64,000 nt of DNA from Vermamoeba vermiformis (lineage: Eukaryota). A program made the position numbers and the translations under genes. The stretch is from contig JBEWZL010000044.1 in NCBI GenBank assembly GCA_045837725.1, positions 372,001 to 436,000 on the forward strand, in the 5' to 3' direction. The notes below the pieces were generated by a model. It was given only the letters and a program-made list of their open reading frames with translations, ran no database searches and was not told the origin of the DNA. This document shows positions 27,309 to 37,758 of the stretch, piece by piece; the first letter of the stretch is position 1; each line of letters begins with the position of its first letter.

Positions 27309-27343
27309 TTAATGGCATTGTTTGTGTTCACTCACGCGTTGCT

Positions 27344-27449
27344 GGGAGGCGATAAGTAATTACACTGCTGAAACTTACGTGTAATTTTTTTTCGTGCAGT
27401 GTAATATTTACACGGCCGTGCAACAGTGTAATTTTTACACGGCACGGCA
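27344..27449 (+). repeat. Left terminal inverted repeat of the MULE-like element
   Basis: Reverse complement of ~29188-29295. Contains repeated GTGTAA/TTACAC half-sites. Confidence 0.92.
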
Positions 27450-27489
27450 GTATAAAAATGTGGTAAAACAGCATTTAAAGAGTTTATTT

Positions 27490-29040
27490 ACATTAAAGTA
27501 AGCTAAGGGCTTCTCAATATACCACCGGATGCAACCCGATTCGTGAAAAATACTTGTTATTTTCTAAAGTAAGCTACAATGAGTGTTTATTATTCAATTA
27601 GGCATTCAGACAGGTGTTTAATACGTTGGTATATGGTTGCTAGGTCTTGAAAAGTGAATCGCTGGTGCTGTGCTCTAAATCCAGGAAACTAGATCGAGAT
27701 CCGGTTCGAGAAGTGCATCTCATCATTTCTTACTGTTATCCAAGGGTTGATTGGCATTTCTTTGGTGACAGGAGATAATATTGAGTGATCTTGGGATGCG
27801 TGTCCAGCACTGATCTTGCGAAGTACAACTTAACGTCCCTGTAACAATCGCTACATCGCAGATGGTATTTGCCGGTAAATATGCAACTAAAATCAACTAT
27901 AAAGCCATATTTCAACTTGAGATGCAACTATTTTGTTTTTTTTGTTTTGAAATTCCTCTTACTGCTAACTAGTCTCGCTATTTTTATCTAGCGATATGAC
28001 TAGCCCCACGCAGGACTTTATTATTATGATTCGTTTCAATACAATTAATAAGGTTATCGTTACACTACTTCGATAACTTGTTTTTATCCACGCTATTTGA
28101 TTATTATTATTATTGCGTTTTGGGCTACTTGGTTACAATTTTCTAAAGGACCGGCACTACACACCAGATTGGTGTCCTGCTTATATTCTTCGTGCAGAGT
28201 AATACCTCTTGTAAAGCAATGTCAGTGACAAGACAGGGCTGGCTTTTTTGTCTAGACAAGAAGTACTTCTTAATGCGTCGTAGATGCTGGGCGCACAACG
28301 TCCTTTGATTGTCCAACTAGCTCGTGATATTAATATTGGCGTGGTCTTCTGGCATTGCAAAGTTGTTCATTGTCGAAAAGCCAAGAATTCAGCAGATCTT
28401 CTGAATTAACGGGATTCTTCACATTGCCATCAGAGTTTGGGTTGCATTATTACTATTGTTATAATTATTGAGATTATTGTTATTACCAGATATTAGTGAC
28501 TATTATTATTTTACATCGTATTTAATTATTATATATGAATTAAAAATCGCTGCTCTTATATTTGCCCGAGCGAGGCATTATTAATAAATTAAGAAAAAGA
28601 CTTGTGGTGCCCAACACATGACTGAAGCCGAGATGCAACTATTTCTTCATCTGTAATATCAGTGTCATAGGTATTGTCAACCAAAATGTGGCACGTCAGA
28701 CGTGATTTGCTTCCTCATGGCTAACAATGGCAGAATCAATGACACAGGGTACAATTGCTAGTAGCTCTGAAAACAATAAACCGATGGCTTAACACTAAAA
28801 ATGCACCACCCACCCGCAACAAATCTTGCGCGCTTTCGTTTTAAATGCTTAGCTGGCGACACTAGCGTCAACTTGTGCCTGTTCTTGCTCTAAAATTAAA
28901 TAATAATTTTAAAAATACTTTAATAACCGTTATAATAGGGTGGAGTTACCTGTTGTGCGGCAGGAGCAACGGATGTTGGATTAGGTGTCAGATCGGCATC
29001 AATTCTGTACGCAATTTGTTCAGCGATTTGTCCTGTGGTA
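27490..29040 (-). pseudogene. Decayed, unidentified coding remnant inside the transposon
   Basis: Minus-strand protein-like segments interrupted by stops/frameshifts (GQIAEQIAYRIDADLTPNPTSVAPAAQQ; ELLAIVPCVIDSAIVSHEEANHV*; NQRTLCAQHLRRIKKYFLSRQK; GKYHLRCSDCYRDVKLYF), an intron-like GTAACT..TTTAG at ~28890-28949, and a poly-Asn-like tract. Confidence 0.4.
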
Positions 29041-29187
29041 ATTATATTATGAAAATTAAAGGTAAATTTTATGCATAAGCCGCTTTCGTCTTTTTTTCCT
29101 TGGGCTGACGCAGATCGAGCGTTCTTCTGTCCTTATACGCCTATTCTATATAAAATATGGCCTATTTATTATTACACGGTGGTTTTT

Positions 29188-29295
29188 TGCCGTGCACGTG
29201 TAATAAATTACACTGTTACACGGCCGTGTAAATATTACACTGCACGAAAAAAAATTACACGTAAGTTTCAGCAGTGTAATTACTTATCGCCTCCC
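29188..29295 (-). repeat. Right terminal inverted repeat of the MULE-like element
   Basis: Reverse complement of 27344-27449. Ends ...TTATCGCCTCCC immediately before the second TSD copy. Confidence 0.92.
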
Positions 29296-29366
29296 CGCGT
29301 TGCTGAAAGAAGTTCGAACCGAAATTGTTTTACTCGAGTGTTTTCAGCCTCAAATGATCAACAACC

Positions 29367-30783
29367 ATGGAGCTCACTTTATACACCGCTCCTTGGTTGA
29401 TTGGGTTTATTTATACTGTATTTAAAACCATCTTTGTGCCTAATCATCCGACATGGCCCATGCCCGCGGATACCAAACCTGAAGTGGTGCAAGCAGAACG
29501 ACGAAAAGAGCACAAAAATCGATTGATTACAGCACTTATTTATGTGCCCCTAGTACCAGGCCTTGGACTCGTATTCCCTGTCCTATTACGTGCATTTTTA
29601 ACAATGTGCATCTGGGTCGGCACGGGCGAATACGTTCAAATAGTGTTCAATAAGTCCCTCAATGATAAGAAAGTGCACTCACATGTGATCAAACAATTCA
29701 GCTGGATGGAGCGATTGTTTCAAGTGCTCTGTTGTGCAGTTTGTGTGGCTGGATTCTTTGGCAATGCTTACTTGTTCTGGCTGGTGACTCAAACATGCCT
29801 CGTATTATTAATTGCTACCTATATAATATGGACCACTATCGATTTGCGAATGGGAACTCAAGAGACACACGACTTCACGAAAATTTTAGAGGATTCGGCC
29901 AAATACTTCTTGGGCATGTTTTGGATTGCATTGGTATGTTCATGACGGCTATTAAAATATTTTTAGAATTTTTTTTTGTTATTTTTGTCGGTAGTCAACT
30001 TTAAGACCTGACCTTTCGACTCACAGCCCATTGCGTACGGTATTCTGCTTTCAACGCACAATCATGGTGGCGGATATTTGGCGATTCTATTACTCACCTC
30101 TTGGTTCGGTAAGTCTTGGCGCGCTGGAGATCAAACTCTGTTCCTTACTCGGAGTTTTGTAGGAGATGCAGCCGCGTACTACGTGGGTAAGAAATTTGGC
30201 AGTAAGAAGGTGACTATGGTCAGTCCCAGCAAGAGTTGGGAAGGTGTCTACGCTGAAATTGCGTTCAGTTTCTTCGCTGGCTTGGCTTGGAAGTTCTTGG
30301 AAACGCAGCCCTGGGTACGTGCTGGGCCTATTTATGCCTAATATGGTGCATTGTGAGCAGCATATTTACGTCATTGCTATTGTAGACCTGTGCACTGTTT
30401 CAATTGCCGCACACGAGTCTGTTCAACTACCTCGTCATCACTACAGGTACGGTCCTATTACATGTCCTCTAAACACGACACTAACCGCTGACAGGCATTG
30501 GTGTGTTGGGTGTGATTGGAGATCTCTTCGAGTCACTCGTCAAACGTGTCGGCAAGTGCAAGGACAGCGGCACCTACTTCACGGGGTAAGTATTGGCTAG
30601 ACGACAGCTGCCTATACACCACAGCGCTATTGACTAACACCTCGCAGACACGGTGGAGTGTTGGATCGCTTCGACTCGTTCTTCTTGAGTGCGCCACTGC
30701 TCTACTTTTACGTCGTGATGTGCATCGAGAACAATCCGCAACTGCTCGCCATCAACTGGCAGGCACTCACTCTCTTCAAGTAG
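29367..30783 (+). CDS. Phosphatidate cytidylyltransferase (CDP-diacylglycerol synthase, CdsA family)
   Basis: Multiple hydrophobic helices; GDAAAYYVGKKFG..VSPSKSWEG; IGDLFESLVKR..KDSG..GHGGVLDRFDS. Confidence 0.93.
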
Positions 30784-31025
30784 TGCTCACTTGCACGTGT
30801 ACATATTTATTATTGCTATTAAATTCGAATGCAATCTCTCGTTGAGTTTGAGTCCTTTGATTTTATCAAGGAATGTTCGGCACGTGATTTTCTACTGGCC
30901 CGACAAATTTTAAGAATGTTCTTATAATCACACGACACAATTTTATCACAACAACTATCATTTGTGAATGCAATAGCAAGGCAAGCGAGTAAGCAGATAT
31001 TTTTTGAAAGGATCTGCTTTGTGCC

Positions 31026-32921
31026 ATGGCATCACAATTTTTAGCTGAAAAAAGAGAAGCTTCTGCTGGCCTCAAAAAATTAACCGATGAGATCGAAGCA
31101 TTAAAAAAACAATTGCAAGCTGAACAACAAAAGCGACAAGATCTAGAAGAACTCATAAAATCTCAATTAGCGACTGTATTACAAAAAATCGAATCAGATT
31201 ACGACACTGGAAAATTTTTGCACAAGATTAACGAGCTTCAAACGCAATTAGAAGAGGAAGTGAGTGCTCGGGCTAAATTAACTCTGTGGATCAAGGAAAA
31301 TATCGGTATGACTCAGTGTCGTTCATCATTTGCGTATCTAATCGAGTACTATACAATATAGGTCCTAATTTAGAACACGTAAAAGATGCAACAGCACGAC
31401 AGATCAAAGAAGAAATCTCGCGATTGGGACACACTGGCTCAAAACCGCGCAGCAGTAGTAATATAGATGGCAATACAGTGACCAGTAAGAAGAGTTCCAC
31501 TTCCAAGCCTGCATCGGAAGCACATCCAACACCCAAGCCCAAACCCGAAGAATCTTCGACTGCAACGGTCAAAAAGAGCTCGTCAGACACTGCTAGCACC
31601 ACAAGTGGTCATACAACAGCTAGTACTAAGACTAAATCGAGTCGACGACGCAAAAAACAAGCAGAAGAAGAGATCCAACTGCGCGATGATGAAGACAGTC
31701 CGTGGGACCAGAGTGACGATGAGTCTGATGAACAATTGAGCTTGGATCAGTTCATTCCGCCGTACGATACTACTACAGCATTAATATTACACGCAATTCT
31801 AATATTTATTCAGTGCGCGACCTCGATTAATTGCTCGTATTCCGCGCTTGGTGCTGATCGAAGAACATTGTTTTGGCACTAAAAATATCGACGAGTATGA
31901 ACTACCAGGTACCTATTCTCTATAAATATCCCCGCAAGTGATATACTAACTGATTGTACTAGAAAATGATGCCTCGAAGAAGACGAGTCTGAATCGAGCC
32001 AATTACTTCCTCAACAAGAATTCACAAGCTAAATTTCAATACAGATGTCTCGAGCTATATCAAAAGGTGTGTATTAACAGTAGCTATAGGGCCCTATTGA
32101 CACGCGTTGACAGGTCCAAAAATTCCAAACACGTGGCGGCACGGTGGTATTTGCACCACTGACGGACGAAGAGCTGGCCAAAGACGACTTTAAATTCAGC
32201 ATCAAGACACACGATCGAGTGTACCCTGTCTGTCCTGATGGTCTGCACCGCTCACAAGTGCTGTACTTGGTCATGAAGGGAATCAAGCGCATTCTCGGTG
32301 TCAAAGAAGGGGTTTATCTGCCGCACGGAGCACTGCACGGCTATGATCCACTCGTGTACGATGAGAGTCCGAACAGTTTGAAGAGTGTAAGTGACAATTG
32401 AGTGCTGCCATAACACTCGATTAATCCTTCGAATGGAATAGCAAGCTGAATTTGTGCACTTTTCCACGGAGCTGGACAAAAACACCAAGATATCGCAAGC
32501 ATTCTTAGCAGCATTCGGACAAGAAAAAGCGGCTAGATTTGGTCAAAAAGAGTGCGGTGCCAATGAACTAAACTTGAACGAAGCAGCCAAGAAAGATTTG
32601 TTCCGCAATCAGATTGAATCAATCAAACGGACGCGAGTGCGCATGCATGAATTCTTCGACATTTATTTCTATCAGCAGAGTCTCGAATCCAATTCCAAAC
32701 GACAATCACGCAGCATTTACGTCACATTCGGCAGTGCAGTCCCAGTGGTGCTCGATCGATTGATGGAAGTAAACACGAATGCACAACAACTGGCCAATGT
32801 GATCGTGGTAGCACTGCCTTATGGCACTGAACCATTCAACAGCCCCACGGTCACACCACAGAGCTTGGCTCAACTGTACAGATTTTATTCAACGCTCTTC
32901 AAGCCACTGACAGACAAATAA
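31026..32921 (+). CDS. Hypothetical protein: N-terminal coiled coil, S/T/K-rich linker, C-terminal domain with a CX5R(S) motif
   Basis: Spliced reading frame through ORFs 31026, 31286, 32144 and 32454. Motif VYPVCPDGLHRSQ at ~32219-32257. Confidence 0.7.
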
Positions 32922-32950
32922 TGCGTTGAATAAATAAGGTGGTTTATATA

Positions 32951-35900
32951 TTACTCGCGCAACACGGCGCTGGGACAAATGTTTGAATATACACAGCCGC
33001 TACATTTGACCTCAGAGGGTGTTGCTTGGAAGGTGTTCGTTGCTAGTGTGTTTGCGAACTGGAAGAACAGTGTTTGTAGCTTGACATTGTCGTCGTAATT
33101 AGGGACGTAATCAAACTTCTCGCCAGTCTCAATGGACTCGAGAACTACTTTGAGTGGTCGCACGCCGTAGACTTGTTCGTAGGCCCAGCCATAAATCATC
33201 AGCTGCAACATGGTGTGCTGTCGCTTGGTGCGCGTTGAAGTCTTGTACTCGGTGATGATGACACCTTGCGCTGTGTGGTCAATGCGATCCCACGTGCCAG
33301 TCAGCTCCACTTTCTCGGACAATTTGATCACAAAGGCTTGTTCCATCTTGTCAGCCACTTTGCCTTTCTCGCTCTCTCGCTTCTGAAAATTGACAAAAGT
33401 AGCCGCTGTCTTAGTGACGACTTCTTGCTTGGGTTGTACCTAATGCGTCATGTTAGATATGAAAGATCAATACGAGTGATTTCTAGCGTACCACTACTGG
33501 CTGCTTGACAGGGGTCTTGGCGCGATTGATTTTGTCTTTAATTGCCTCACTGGCCATTTGCGCCACTTCTTCAGTGTCAAGTGTCATTTCTTTCTTTTCT
33601 TTCTCTTTTTCTTTGAGTTCTTTTTCTTTCGCTTCCTTCTCTTTCAGCTCTTTTTCCTTGGCTTCCTTCTCTTTTGTTTCTTTTTCTTTGGCCTCTTTTT
33701 CCTTGGTCTCTTCCTTCTTCTCAGCAGGTTTCTCTTTCACTTCTTTTTCCGTCTCTTTCTTCTCGCTGGGTTTCTTTTCCTTCTCTTTCTTTTCTTTTGC
33801 CTCTTTAGCTTCCTTTTCCTTGGCTTCTTTCTCCTTCGGTTCTTTTTCTTTCACCTCTTTTTCCTTGGCCTCTTTCTCTTTTGTTTCTTTTTCTTTCTTT
33901 TCTTTGACTTCTTTTGTGTCCTTCTCTTTCGTTTCCTTTTCTTTCGGCTTTTCTTCCTCCTTCTTTTCAGCTGCTTTTTCTTTTTGCTCGGGTGTTTTCT
34001 GTTGTTCGGACACGCCCTCCGCAAATTTCTTCTCGCGTTCAATCGTGGCTTTAACTTCAGCTTCTTGTTTCTTGACGTCTTCTTCCGCTGATTTATCTGC
34101 TTGCTTCTTGTCTTCTTCGTCTTTGCGAATTTCATTGTAATCTGCAATCTTTTCGTGCAAAAATTGACCAGCAGATTGATAATCAAAATATCTGTGAATA
34201 TTGTCAGTCTTATTGTCATATTTATATGACTCTAACGTACCTTGTTGGTCGCATTTTCAACACGAATCTGTAACAGTACTGCAACGGACAGTGGATGTAA
34301 CTCACAATCGATGTGAACGAAATACGATCGAGCCTGCAACAGGTTAGTGTCACATGAGTACAGTAATAGAATCGATTGCATACGTGTGAGGCATGGTCAC
34401 TTCAAACGGGGTAGTCCATTGCGATGGAGTGCCCGGCACGTCCATCTTCTCGGGCTTGGTGACATCGGGTGGCAAGAGCGAGGTGATGCCTGCCAAGTGA
34501 GATTGCAGGCCCAGCGAGTTAAGTTCAGTCGCTTTGATGCTGTCTAATATGCCTTGCAAGTGCTCGACTTCGCCCTCTTCCATGATATCGGGCACGTTTG
34601 TCACGTACAAGTTGTGAAATGTTTGCCGCAACGAACTGATTGGAGCGTGAGTCATGTGCTAAATACAACAGACGAGATTGAGTGGCTTACTTGTAGAACA
34701 TTTGACCAATTTGATGCTTCTTCACACTGATATTTCTCGGCTTTTCAAACATGAACGAAGTAGGCACGTCTGAGATCATTAACGTTAGTAGTCAAAAGCG
34801 TCAAATCAACAACGCGGCACGTACTCAGTTGAGTCTTAAGATACTTGAGTCGAGAGCCAATAATAATTGTCGTGTGTGTCGGTGTCGTTGAAATGGTGTC
34901 AAAAGTGCTCAGCCGAACACCACTCGTGAGGTACGAGATCGGCAGCTGATCCACGTGCAGATCTGACAAGAAACTCAACAACATGACCAAGTGCTTGCGA
35001 TTAGCGATTTCAATAGGACCCTGTTCTTGTCCGACAACTTCTTTCAGCACTTGCGCTGTCTTGGACTCGCCGCTCATGGCACTTGCGACCGCGTCATCGT
35101 CCGCCGAGGGCACTTGACTTTCAAATCTGTTCACGACTTCAACGAGTCTCCTGTAATTGTTCTTCTGTTGTTCGGTAGCTGTTTTGAGTGGTACAATAGT
35201 CTTTTGAATGAACTCGGTGATCAGTTCTGAAGGTTTGACTGTTTGAGCGCGGAACATGTTGACGTAGTGGTTCAAACTCAGCTTGAATGCATTGCATTTC
35301 TGCGACAATACGGTCAGTATATGAACACTAAATACATTACTATACAATACCTGCAGGGTCTCCTGACTGATCGTGTATTTGGGATATTGACCGTTGGCTA
35401 ATTTAGGATAAATGCGGAAGAAATCAGATTTGTAGAGCGATGCAGCCAAAAATATCGTCTTGATCTCTCCTTCAGGATCGAAGCCATAATACCGCGTCAT
35501 GAGCTCGTACAACGATCGATTGATGTTGAATGATCGCGTCTCTTCACTCGCCTTTGCCTCGCTCTCGCTGACCTCGCTCATCTTTCTCGGCTTGTTCGAG
35601 AACAGCTCCAAGTACGAGATGTCGACGATGAGCTGCAAGAAGAGCAAGGTCGCTCTGATCTCAGGCTCGTTGAGCACATTTTCAATCACGACAGGCACTT
35701 TGTGTTTGACATTGAGCTGCTGGGCCACTTGAGCGATTTGATCTTTGGCCATGACGACACGAATGTCACCGTAGCCGAGTTTGAATTGATTGACGTATCG
35801 GTTCTGCAACGACTGAATCAGCTGTCCAATGCTGTCAATCTCTTCTGTGTTCGACGTCGTGTTGAAGTAAAACACATTGCCGTTCTTTTTGCCCATTGGA

Positions 35901-37296
35901 GTGCGGTACTCGTAGTCGACAAAGCTCGTGTTGGGATTGTCGCCCTGATTGATGTTCAGCATTTGGATCATAGAACTCGCTGCTTGCTTGATGCCCAGTG
36001 ACGCGGCACGGTACTGCAATTGCGTTTGAATGACATTGACGTGCGGTGACATGTCTTTGCGATTCAACACGCGCGTGTCAAAATCAATGACGTTCAATAT
36101 CGCGGTGAGTTGTGCTGCCGACGGCTTGCTCAGGACTTGTAGCCTCTCCATAGCCTTCAACACATTCAAGGTCGGTTCGTTAACTACGAGGTGACTGTAT
36201 TTGTTGAAATGTAGCTTGCCCAGCTCACTTTTCATTGCGTCACTCAGCGGCAATGTTCGCAACTTCAAACTGAACGTGTACGCATTGAGCACTTTCTTCG
36301 AATTTTTCAACGTGACATATCTGTTGTAAATCACGGCGAGTGTTTGCTGCATTTTGATATTTTTCACCGCGCTGTCAGGCACTCCTCCCTCCAATTTTTG
36401 CATCAAATGCTCTGCATACTGTTGCGGTGACACATTGAAATATTCGAGCCTGTATCATCGGTCAATATTTGTCGCCCTCATTACAGGTCATGGTGCACGT
36501 ACTTCCTGAAAAATTCGACCAATCGGTGCACCTCTTCAGGCCGGAACTGTGAATCTTCACCAACTACACTGCTGAAGTTCTTGAACAATAGCAATGCTTC
36601 GTCAGTGCTGTCCAACAGCTTGGCTCTAATGTACATCAATAGTATTAGAAGTGTTCGGTGCCTGAAGTTCAATAAACTCACTCTTCTGTTTTGAGTAAGG
36701 ATAACAATACCGAGCTCAAAAAGTCTTCAATAGTCTGTACATCGACTTGTACTGTCTGTTCGTTATTAATTGATAAGTACAAGTCTGGATCCAACAAGAT
36801 TGCACACAATTACCTGTACTGTTTTATTTGCTATTAGGTCTGCCACTAACTCCTGCGCCATTTCAGTGTCGATAAGGGAGTGAGTTAAATACAAAACTGG
36901 CTTGGGACCTAATGAAAGCATTTAATAATTGTCATTGAGTTAAATCATAATATAATACCTGTCAGCTCTCCAACTATTCGTTCAAGCACATTATATTTCA
37001 TACGAGGCGAGTCAATTCCATGGCTAATAAGAACTCTGGGAGGAATATCTTTTGGAGCAGGCTGATAAATACAGATCAGATCGCGATCGTTAAAAATCAA
37101 AAAAAAAATTAGAAAAATACTAAATAATCAAAAGTACTTTCAAATTTTACGGTGCAATATTTAGCGATCATAAATTAAATTTTTGAAAGCATACCGAAGG
37201 CCGCTGCGTATTTTGCCCTGTCACTGAGCGCTGCAGATTGATCACAAGTGCAGCTCTTCGAACTGCAGCACTGGCAGCCTTTAATACACGAAACAT
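32951..37296 (-). CDS. Degenerate UvrD/PcrA-like helicase fused to an Fe-S PD-(D/E)XK (RecB/AddB-type) nuclease, with a predicted mitochondrial presequence
   Basis: N-terminus MFRVLKAASAAVRRAALVINLQRS. UvrD-like motifs appear in the expected order but are degenerate. Nuclease motifs ISFTSIVSYIHCPLQY, GQFLHE, GTWDRID..EYKTS, QLMIY, CSGCVYSNIC. Confidence 0.8.
33483..34160 (-). repeat. Coding KE-rich low-complexity repeat (EKEAK/EKETK/EKEVK/EKELK pentamers)
   Basis: Imperfect 15-bp tandem units encoding about 200 aa of Lys/Glu, within one exon of the nuclease gene. Confidence 0.9.
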
Positions 37297-37758
37297 ATAT
37301 TACACGACCGCTCTTCTATAATACATGCACTCCTCTTTGTTCTGTGTTCTTGGGTTAAAAACAATTGCAGTAATAATGAAACACGAAAGTGCAAGACTAT
37401 AATACAAGGCTAATAGGATCGCTATACTAGTATCATCAATTTAGTGCTATTATTTTATTAAAAGCCCACATCGTTAACTACGAGAACGCTTGGCGGAGCC
37501 AAACAGATCGAATTTATTTACACTAGTTTCAGCTTTTACAATTCTACTCTATCCTGCCTCCCAAGACTCTGCTGTCGTAAAAGTGTAACTACTATGGCTT
37601 CTATTTTGAATAATCTAAGTCACTTCAAAAACACTGAATTCTTAATTTGATGACGAGCACGTGACCACTCCACCTCGTGATGGTTGAACTCAACTGATTA
37701 GTGTATTGTTAATTTCTTACTCCAACTTTACGAGCTAATAGACGTCACCTGTGGCAGA

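Larger units (their letters stand above)
27344..29295. mobile_element. Non-autonomous Mutator-like (MULE) DNA transposon, 1,952 bp
   Basis: Terminal inverted repeats begin GGGAGGCGATAAGTAATTACAC and are perfect for 77 bp, about 106 bp with a few mismatches/indels. The element is flanked by the identical 9-mer CGCGTTGCT (27335-27343 and 29296-29304). No intact transposase ORF inside. Confidence 0.9.

Noticed and set aside
27450-29187. Possible Fanzor/TnpB or intact transposase inside the TIR element
   Set aside because: No long ORF and no recognisable RuvC or DDE motif series; a lone CxxC is insufficient.
29071-29400. 109-aa ORF overlapping the CDP-DAG synthase start
   Set aside because: It runs through the right TIR and TSD, so it is a chance reading frame.
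32951-33358. Cas4-like nuclease suggesting a CRISPR system
   Set aside because: No repeat-spacer array or cas genes in the window; the domain is the C-terminus of an intron-containing UvrD-like fusion.
33505-34140. Long F/S/L-rich plus-strand ORFs that look like membrane proteins
   Set aside because: They are antisense shadows of the KE-rich coding repeat on the minus strand.
37393-37432. AAGACTATA start resembling the U3 snoRNA 5' end
   Set aside because: Similarity stops after 9 nt, and boxes A/B/C/D do not follow in the expected arrangement.
37648-37697. TGATGA...CTGA pair resembling a box C/D snoRNA
   Set aside because: Only 50 nt long, weak terminal stem, the interior forms its own hairpin, and I could not identify an rRNA-complementary guide.
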